Source: Octopus sinensis | Lineage: Eukaryota | Assembly: GCF_006345805.1 (NCBI RefSeq) | Contig: NC_043001.1 | Coordinates: forward strand, 70,370,001-70,434,000 | Direction of reading: 5' to 3' | DNA: 64,000 nt | Part shown: positions 54,438 to 64,000 of the stretch, one piece after another | Layout: each line of letters opens with the position of its first letter | Position numbering within the stretch: position 1 is the stretch's first letter | Program-made: the position numbers and the translations under genes | The notes under the pieces: model-generated | Databases searched by the model: none | Told to the model about the DNA's origin: nothing | What the model saw: the letters and a program-made list of their open reading frames with translations, nothing else

Positions 54438-54488
54438 AAAATTTTTTTGATAAGATTCGCTTTTTCAAGAACCGAAACATGTAAAATT
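54438..54488 (+). ncRNA. Candidate minimal hammerhead (U3-A8 variant) at the PLE 3' end
   Basis: ttt-TTGATAA-GATTC..GAACC-GAAAC-AT-GTA-aaa, with palindromic ACATGT stem III. Confidence 0.55.
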
Positions 54489-54541
54489 CATAAGAAAATT
54501 AAAATTTATCTAATATAGTGGCGTTTTCAAACTTCTTGTTT

Positions 54542-54579
<38 letters not shown>

Positions 54580-54582
<3 letters not shown>

Positions 54583-54810
54583 TCTTTATTACCCACAAGG
54601 GGCTAAACACAGAGGGGACAAACAGGGACAGACAAAGGGATTAAGTCGATTACATCGACCCCAGTGCGAAACTGGTACTTTATTTATCGACCCCGAAAGG
54701 ATGAAAGGCAAAGTCAACCTCGGCGGAATTTGAACTCAGAACGTAACGACAGACGAAATACTGCTTGGCATTTTGCCCGGCGTGCTAACGATTCTGCCAG
54801 CTTGCCGCAT
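54580..54810 (-). mobile_element. Well-preserved SINE with Meta/Nin-type core
   Basis: The reverse complement reads gagttcaaattccgccgaggttgactttgcctttcatcctttcggggtcgataaataaagtaccag. Confidence 0.85.
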
Positions 54811-54847
<37 letters not shown>

Positions 54848-55015
54848 GACGTGTGTCTTCCAGTTTCTATCTACCAAATCCAATCACAAGGCTTTGGTCG
54901 GCACGAGTCTACAGTAAAAGATACTTGCCCACGGTGCCACACTGTGGAATTGAACCTGGAACTATGTGTTTGGGAACCAAGCTTTTACCACACGGCCGCG
55001 CAGTAAGTATATATA

Positions 55016-55706
55016 CAGGATGCGGTGAATAAATTGTCGTATATATTACGTAGTAAATGAAAATAGCACTGACATCACATTTTAACATATATATTTACCA
55101 AAATTACATAGAAATATCTTGAAATTAGCTTCAATCATAATTCGGATTCTCCTGGAACGCTTCTGGACGGCCTCTTTATTTAAGTTGATGAACGCTGCCA
55201 TAATACTTACCTTCAGTTCGTCTTTGGTATTACAAGATGTTTTGTTGGCCTCTTGCTCAATTGTGCTCCACATGGACAGTTAGGTGACCAGATTTTAGGG
55301 GTGATGTGGTCGCAGAAATTGTCTGACAGACATGACTGGAGACTGGTGCTTCTGTGACATGGTGCAGAGTCCTGTTGACAGACATAAGATCTTTCATAAG
55401 TTACCCAGGTTGCACTACCTCCTCCAGGCACTTGATGTATGCCTCCGTGTTGAGTGTGAGGCCGTGTGGGAATATGAATAGAGGCATAACGTCGCCATCA
55501 CTAGTGATCACTCCAAATACCATGATGTTGACTGGATGTATGATATTTATCACTCTAGCAGATAGCATTGCGTCATGGGGCAGTTTTTCTCACTGACGGT
55601 GACCAAGTGACGCTATTACACTGTGTAGTCGACAAAATCAAAAACAAACAATGCACATGAGCGAAATTTAAAATATATAAAAAATTGCGACAATTTACAC
55701 ATCGCA
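55016..55706 (-). mobile_element. Internally deleted Tc1/mariner-superfamily element (DD37D/maT-like)
   Basis: Minus strand gives IMVFGVITSDGDVMP..LNTEAYIKCLEEV, QQDSAPCH and WSPNCP. The TIRs are tgcggtgaataaattgtcg and cgacaatttacacatcgca. Confidence 0.8.
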
Positions 55707-55745
55707 ATATATATATATGTATACACAAACATACTCACACACACA

Positions 55746-55787
<42 letters not shown>

Positions 55788-55897
55788 CAAACGCGGTAAG
55801 CATGTGTTTATGTATGCGTATCTTCGCAGACGTGGATATGTGGAAAGACGTTTGCTTTCCAACCGCCTTCTGAGTGTATTTGGTCCCTGGATGTACT

Positions 55898-55933
<36 letters not shown>

Positions 55934-56518
55934 TGTGTGTGTGTGTATTATATGATGTATGCATAAGAAACAGGCATACATATACTCATATATATTTGCA
56001 AAGGAGTGTGAGTGTACCGATATTGCTAAACTTCTTGCGACAGTATTATTCAATAATAAAATATTACGCTAATCGGAGGATGAAATACTCTCCAGAAGAA
56101 TGAGTTGCCCATAATTCCTAGATTATCGATGGTTAGTCAAGCATAAATTTTCTTAATTCAGGTTATGAAATCTCGGTGTACTTTCAGCAGCTGCTATACA
56201 AAATGTCCGTGTATATATATTATAACTTAAACCGAAAAAGTAATCTTGGGTCAATATTTATTTAGGTTTTTTTTTCGTGTTTGTAACGATATTTTTGTTT
56301 TATTTTTGAAAGTTAACCAGCATCCTCCATACTTTTTAATGTCAGTATAACGTTGTATCATGATTGTGACGTGCACTGAGTATGTACGCAACACTATCGA
56401 GTACATTACACTCCATGGCCCCTTCTTCCCAGTGAAAAATGTTTGGAGCTTCCCTATACGCTATCCGGATAACTTGGAAAACAATGAACAAAATTTATAT
56501 ACATACAAAATTTACACA

Positions 56519-56562
<44 letters not shown>

Positions 56563-56841
56563 CACACACACACTCATACAAACATAGAAGTGCATGGGCA
56601 TCTGTATACATGTTTATGTCAAGTTAAAGATAAAAATAATTTAACTTTACACTAAAGGATTACTCTGAACAAATCCCAGGACTTATTCCTTGTAAGCCTA
56701 GTACGTTTTCAATCAGTCTCTTTTGTCAAACTGCTATGTAACGGGAATATAAACACAGGCACACAAATATTTACATAAATATATATTGTTGTATTTAGGA
56801 ATGGTCATTTTGCTAGTTTAGCCAATATATGCACATTTACT

Positions 56842-56903
<62 letters not shown>

Positions 56904-56932
56904 AGAACAAAGCGTACATACGCCGTTATATG

Positions 56933-56992
<60 letters not shown>

Positions 56993-57231
56993 CGTCGTAC
57001 GTACACTTTGTTCTCTCATACGTAAGTACACATTTCACTAAATTTCGGCGATATGCTTCCCTGTGTTCGTGAAAGTTTTGCAAGGATGATCCGGTTCTTG
57101 AATGAGGATAAAAGGCTTCGAATGGCCCGTCCTTTTCTTTAGTATCGTCTATCTGGATTTGTTGTCCTTTTTGTATCACCTAGTTATATTTTACGTTCTT
57201 GTCCCATTTTGTATTTTATATATATATATAC

Positions 57232-57301
<70 letters not shown>

Positions 57302-57512
57302 TATAAGCTGCTAGCCACGTGGCTGAGTGGTTAGAAGCTTGCTTACCAACTCCCTTGTGAGTGTATTTGGTAGATGGAAACTGTAAGTATCCCGTTATAT
57401 AAATAAATATATACAACGCGATTCTTCCAGTTTCCATCTACCAAATCAGCTCACAAGGCTTTAGTCGGCCCGTGGCTGTAATAGAAGACACTTGCCCAAG
57501 GTGCCGCGCAGT

Positions 57513-58170
57513 TACTATGGGAAATGGAACAAAAAATGTTGACAATGTTTTAGAGAAATAAAAATTTACGATGTTGTATATTATCAAATAGCTAGAATGG
57601 TTATGTGAGAGAGTACAGTCTAGTGGTTAGGGTGTTGCTCTCATGATATCATGATTCAGGCTTCATGTCCCTGTCGGCGTGGTGCGTTTGTTCTTGAGCA
57701 AAGCGCTTCATCTCATATAGCTGTGCAATCGCTTGAACACCCGACGTGCGGTACACCCAGCACCTTTAAACCTGACGTTAGTGATGAACAAGGTGAACGA
57801 TTCCATCAGGACATCAAAGAGATGGAAATTCGGTACCAAGGACGTTTGCACGCTGTAATGACGGCAGACTATTGCTGGTGTTTTAAGACGAGATACTCCT
57901 GTTGCTCAGCATTCACGGTGTACAAAGAAACGTAAATTTATTCCCTGAATTTTCTACCAAAAATCTGTGCATTTTCAATTTTGAATTTTTATTTGTACTT
58001 TGTTTTGTTTTGTGCTACGCTCACTTTATTGATTCATATTATATGCCTTACCAGGTCTAGTCAGAAAACTAGACTTGATATAGAAAATCTGAACCTAGAA
58101 AGGCAAAATCACTTGAGAATTCGTTGAATGTTCCAGGCACCAGACAAAAAGAAGATTTTGTTGCCCAGTG
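57513..58170 (+). mobile_element. Chapaev3-like DNA transposon remnant with a nested CORE-SINE (~57605-57770)
   Basis: VSDEQGERFHQDIKEMEIRYQG..ADYCW transposase C-terminal motif. The right end is ttttgttgcccaGTG|TTA. Confidence 0.7.
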
Positions 58171-58175
58171 TTATA

Positions 58176-58207
<32 letters not shown>

Positions 58208-58452
58208 TATTATTATATTATTATATTATTATATATATTATTTATAATTATATTATTATTATTATTTTATTGTTATTGTTATTATATTATTATGATTATT
58301 ATTATTATATTATTATTATTATTATTATTATTATATTATTATTGTTGTTGTTGTTGTTGGTGTGTTGTTGTTATATTATTATTATTATTATTATTATTAT
58401 CATCGTCATTATCATCATCATTATTTTTATTATTATTATTATTATTATTATA
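58170..58452. repeat. (TTA)n-type microsatellite
   Basis: Directly visible. Confidence 0.95.
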
Positions 58453-59592
58453 TAGAAAACGTTGATAGTATTGGGATGAAAATTATTTACTTAGCATTTT
58501 GTCCCTTTCGTGGATTCGTCATAAAGTTTGAACCACGCCTTCTCAATTTGTAATGGCCCATTTTATAAAGAAATGGATTTCACCGAATCGCAATATAATG
58601 CTTTTCACATTTACATCTTGTGACACAAAATAGTAAATAAAGGCCTTACAGTAATTGAAAATCTATCTCCCGTTCTCAAAGAATGTAATACAATAAAAGG
58701 ATTCATTCTTAGTCTTATACTGCAATATTGAAAGTACTGTCTTCTCCCACCCATCCTTATTTTCATTATATATTTTCTCATTACGTTTTCCATCAGTTCC
58801 TTCCTAGAAGGCCCAATTTTCTGTATTATGACTTAACCTTCGTATTTTCACTGATAATCTTCAATACTATTTCACCTGAGTTCCAAATTGATATAACGTA
58901 AAATGCTCCTAGACTGTATTATTTTGTCTTATAATACTTTGACGCCTAAATAAATGGAACAATCGCTAACACTAACATCTTCGGGCATATTATTGTAATT
59001 TCTCAATTCCCAATTAAACAAGTCATACATCTTTCAATAGATTAGTTTCTTTCATTTTTACTCTTTTTCTTTTCCTATTATCTATTAATTTCAGATATAT
59101 CTATTAAGAAAATAACATCATACATTTTTTTCATACTGTTTCTTAAAGGAATTTTGTTTTCGAAACGTTTACTTTTATTTACTTATATTCTATGTACACA
59201 TTATCTCAAGAATGTAACCAGGAAAATATTTCTTTTTACAGTCAACGGACTGCGGGAAAATATTTCTCCGTCAAGTGTATAAGAAGATATGATCACTAAA
59301 CACGACTTTTCAAAATACGATATGAGTAGGAATATTCGTTTCAATTTATGTTTGTTAATGATATTATGTTAATGGTGTAATTATTGTATGATTATTGTGT
59401 AGTCATTGCATTGTATTGGTCTTGATTTTCTTGTTAGTATTCTCTTTTGTAATATACTAATTGATGGTACTTTCATTTTGTAGATACTATAAGTTAGAAA
59501 TCTTTATTGTATTTTATGTGCACGTATTTATCAATCTACCTCTGCTTTTCTATCTCTCTCTCTCTCTCTCACTCACTATTTCTCCCCCGATC

Positions 59593-59666
<74 letters not shown>

Positions 59667-60064
59667 GCACACATAAAAATTATATATACATATGTATATG
59701 TATATGTGTGTGTATATGTGTGCTTGTATCTATTTATATATTATAATTGTCATCAAAAATGACAGAGGGTGTTAAAAACACCTGCAATTCTAGAAATGAG
59801 AGCTAAAGTATTCTGATGCTGCAGTCAACGCACATAATTGTATGCATACACGCTGACACCGGCCGTAAACGGCCGAAATCAGCTGTTGAAATAACCCTAC
59901 ACCGTCGACAATAGCCATTACTAGTAAACAGAGTTCGCCAGGTAGTTGGCTCTTGACACAAGCGATTTTATGCAATTCCTCTCCCTACATTGCTGAAATT
60001 TCACCTGAATTGAAACTATGACCGTGTAAAATAGGGCATCAGTGAAATGAAACCACCTTCATGA

Positions 60065-60570
60065 TATTGGGTCATCTCATAAATAATGCGGTTTTTATAC
60101 TTCTTTAATTTTTCAAAATTAAAATAAACAAAGTTATTTTTTAATCTAAATTATACTCTCCTTCATTTTCTACAATGCTCTTCTATCTATCTAGTAGGCT
60201 TGCAAGACCCATCTTCTAAAATTTATTTGTGTAGTGACCAGAAATACTCCTCCAGTACTGTTCTGATATCTCGTCTACAGAATTCATATTTTTTCCGTCC
60301 AAATGATTTTCAAGACTGCGGAATTAATGATAACCAGATGGGACAATGTCCAGCGAATATGGTGAGTAGGACATCATTTCCCATTCAAACTGCACCAGCC
60401 TTTCGAATGTCATCTTCACTGTATGTAGCCGAGCATTATCCTGATGGAAGAACACCTTTCGTCTTGAAAGCAAAGGTGGTCGTTTTTCTTCTAGCGCTAA
60501 CTTAAGCCGAACAAGCTTCTCGCAGTAGATCTTTGTTATCGTTTTGTTTAGGTTTAAAAACAGGTTCATT
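60065..60570 (-). mobile_element. mariner 3' fragment, same family as 26895-27500
   Basis: YCEKLVRLK, FHQDNARLH and PYSLDIVPSGYH motifs. The terminus is tattgggtcatctcataaataatgc. Confidence 0.88.
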
Positions 60571-60599
60571 CGTGAGACGTGACATCAAAGTAAAGCACA

Positions 60600-62030
60600 C
60601 ATCCACTCTCATCGGGCGATTAGACTCGGAAAATTTGCGAGGAACCCATTGAACGAATTTGATGATTTTTCCGATGACACGCAGGTGTCCATATCAAATG
60701 CGAGTGTGGCATTCAATATTATATATTTGACTTTATGTAGTACCAATGACCTTAGAATTATTGAAATAAGATTCACCACCTTTGTAAATTCATCCTCATT
60801 TACCACTTTATATATATCATGGCTAGATTTCGCAGTCAGTAAAGTTCATCCTTAATCACTTTTCATATAGGTTTGAGAGGGAAGTTTATAATCAAATGAG
60901 GACGTCACTTTATATCGTTGTGATGTAAGTTCTTTGAGAAATATAGCATATACCATTAGCTAATGGTAGGAAACATAATTGTGAAAGGCCTTCCTTCCGT
61001 GCATCATTATAAATGCACCCAGCGCCCATTTTCGTATGTTGAGTTCTAACGAAATTTAATCTTTCGATCTGCAGTTTAGCAGATATTTCAACAAAATATT
61101 GGTCGATATAAATCTTAACAATGTCGTAGTACAATGAATGTTGTATGAGGAGACATGCATAAAAATTATTGCATGCATCTTTGCAGGATTTCTGTTCTTT
61201 TTTTTTTTGTTCTTTTAATCTTATCCAGAGAATTTGTCTTCTTCATTAATAAGCACAATATGATACCTAAGGGTAACACAAGTTCTGTTTGCCTCCTTAA
61301 CCTCTCAAGGTCTCCTGTTTCATTCCTTGTCATAAATTGTATTATATCACCGCCACCACGCTGTATTGTCTAATTAAATTTTCGCCAGTATTTTCCGCTC
61401 CACACACAAGACTTTTATCAACATAACTACCAATTTTTTATGTTCACTAAGTTGTATCACGGTAAACTTTAAACTTCTTTACATATTTCTTCTTTTTGAA
61501 ATTGGGCGTTTTGAAATTGGGCGAAAGCCATGAAATTTCCTATATCTATCTCCAGTTTTCTTGCTTAAATCACCGACAAAGAATAACTACAGAAGATTGG
61601 CATTCACTGGAAATTGAAATAAAGGAAAAATAATTGTGTTGCTCTTGTCTTACGCAGTGATAGATGTGGATTGTTATAAGGAAGTACTTGAGAGGCTGCA
61701 GTTATGTCTTTTAGCCTTACACCTAATAACTCAGAAGGCTCTAGCAACATTGTAAGATGAAACGTCCTACTTGAATTACACATTCCTCTTGCCTCTGTTT
61801 CTATATCTTTGCTCCACATTTGATTCATGATTGTTAGCATGTAAACATTAGTAAAAATATTTTAATGATGTTCATGAAAATTGAATCATAATGAGAAACT
61901 TCCCACATATCTTTATTTATTTATCTGATCTGATGTGCTTTGATGTCGCCGTTTCTCTTCAAGTATCATCTATTCGTCTAGCATTCCTTCCTTTTGTTCA
62001 AGGCTATCAAGCTTGCGACATTTGGGCAAC
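60600..62030 (-). mobile_element. Highly degraded Helitron RepHel coding remnant
   Basis: QYFVEISAKLQIERLNFVRTQH matches the RepHel QxxVDxYAKIExERLxxIRxNQ motif. Weaker N-terminal matches lie upstream. Confidence 0.55.
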
Positions 62031-62393
62031 ATATTGATTAAATATTTTTTTATCAAATTACCTTTCTGTTGTCAACATCGTTGAAGAGAAGTATATATAA
62101 AGCATAGAGTATTACTGTGAGAGTGAAATAAGTCGTCTGCCGAAGATATTGAGTTGTGTTTAGCTTCAAATTATTTGCATAGGATAATTACTTCATGTGG
62201 TAATAAAATGGCGCTTGTTTGTAATTATATCGTTACAGATGCGTAGACACGCAATAAAAAACATACAGCCAACATGTATGGATGGATGTTTATAGATGTA
62301 TTTATTTTTGTATAGATACATGCATTTATACGTTCATGCCTATGTGTGAGTCTAAGTGTGTGTATGTGTGTGTATATTCGTGCATGCATGTGC

Positions 62394-62427
<34 letters not shown>

Positions 62428-62437
62428 ATATATACAC

Positions 62438-62494
<57 letters not shown>

Positions 62495-63014
62495 CATACA
62501 TACATATGTGTGTGTGTATCTGTGAGTGTATATCCATGTGTTTGCTTGCAAATTTTATGTAGAGAAGGTATTTAAGCGTACATTTAAATGTATCCTTCAC
62601 CTTTGAAGATAAAGCAAGTTTACTTGCAAAATGCAACTAGTAATTGACTTTGTAGAGGCTTTCCCAAATTATATTTGAATATTTATTGGCCGTGCTGAGT
62701 CTCTCTTTTCTAACGATCAAACTAAAATCAATGGTGTGCTCCTTATATGAATATATCTTAGTTTGTTTATAAAATGACCATAGGCTTTTAATGAAGCAAA
62801 ATGATAAAAATATATACACACCCTTGGATTTTATTGTCCTTTCCATCTAATATATATCTGCTAACATGAGACCCTAATACAGATCCCTAGCTCTAGCCTC
62901 AGCTAGACCAATGATAGCACTTACTCAGCATACCTATTTGTTTAGATCACCAGTGAATTAAACTCCTCATATTCTGTGTCTATACGTATATATGTGTGTG
63001 TAGATAGTTAGATA

Positions 63015-63093
<79 letters not shown>

Positions 63094-63189
63094 TACGTGG
63101 TTATTTAGCTGCTGCTGCTTACGGAGCAAAAGGAGAGAAAGAGAGAGAGTGATTACTCGAATACTGTGAGATTGCAGAGAGGGTGAATA

Positions 63190-63289
63190 NNNNNNNNNNN
63201 NNNNNNNNNNNNNNNNNNNNNNNNNNNNNNNNNNNNNNNNNNNNNNNNNNNNNNNNNNNNNNNNNNNNNNNNNNNNNNNNNNNNNNNNN
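63190..63289. other. Assembly gap (100 N)
   Basis: Run of n. Confidence 1.
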
Positions 63290-63389
63290 TTTCCTGTGTC
63301 CCTTCGTTAAGTTGACAGTATACAGCCACTCCCTTCTCCACCCCGTACATATCTCTATAAGATATTTAGAAATTAATATCATATATATA

Positions 63390-63450
<61 letters not shown>

Positions 63451-63667
63451 GTATGGATTGAAAAATAATAGGTATTTGTATATGTCAACATATATAGGTA
63501 CATATGTGTATCTTTTACATGCTTCAGTCATTAGACTGCAACCTGCAGGGGCACTGCCTTGATGTTGTGTATGAATATTTATATAATGTATGCATCAATA
63601 TATATTTTTATGTATGTGTGTGTATATACATTAATGCAATTCTACTATCTGTCTATCAATATATATA

Positions 63668-63708
<41 letters not shown>

Positions 63709-64000
63709 GAGTTAGCGGTTGGAATAACCTTCTAAGGGATAAGAATATCCATTCTTATAACCAGTCTCATTTACTTACGTTATTCCTGGGTATGGGTATG
63801 CAGGCACACTATACTCATAGGGTACGGTAATAACTGAATAAACAAAAGTTTATTAGGAATCCAATTAAATAAGCAGAAAATGGAGAAAACTGTTGATCAG
63901 CAAACAATTGACCAACATCAGTTAATTATTTATAATACAAAACTTAACATAACATGACATAACTTATCGTACGGCCGTTTCACCTGCCAATGCCAATTGA

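Noticed and set aside
58580-59070. Possible L1/Tx1 RT C-terminal remnant on the minus strand (YLGV)
   Set aside because: Only one short motif, which is insufficient without a search.

Overview
AT-rich eukaryotic DNA saturated with microsatellites. No host protein-coding exon, rRNA, true tRNA or CRISPR array could be supported. The repeat repertoire looks like an invertebrate genome, probably octopus (inference): tRNA-derived CORE- and Meta/Nin-type SINEs, (TA)n/(TAA)n/(GATA)n tracts, Penelope-like elements, RTE and RLE-type LINEs, Tc1/mariner, Helitrons and Chapaev3. The window is most likely intergenic or inside a large intron. Most entries in the ORF track are translations of microsatellites. 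The real coding remnants are all transposon fossils, and the longest is a Penelope-like RT (52750-53520). The most interesting signal is a dispersed set of minimal type-I hammerhead-ribozyme motifs: intact cores at 21252-21315 (+) and 38497-38550 (-), a U3-A8 compensatory variant at 54438-54488, and degenerate copies elsewhere. Several lie inside fold-back or inverted-repeat structures, including a near-perfect 670-bp palindrome and a 240-bp element with 29-bp terminal inverted repeats. Also notable are two LINEs with twin-priming-type 5' inversions, a mariner with an internal inversion, and a tRNA-like sequence held in the loop of a long hairpin. All assignments come from manual reading and motif recognition; no database search was run.
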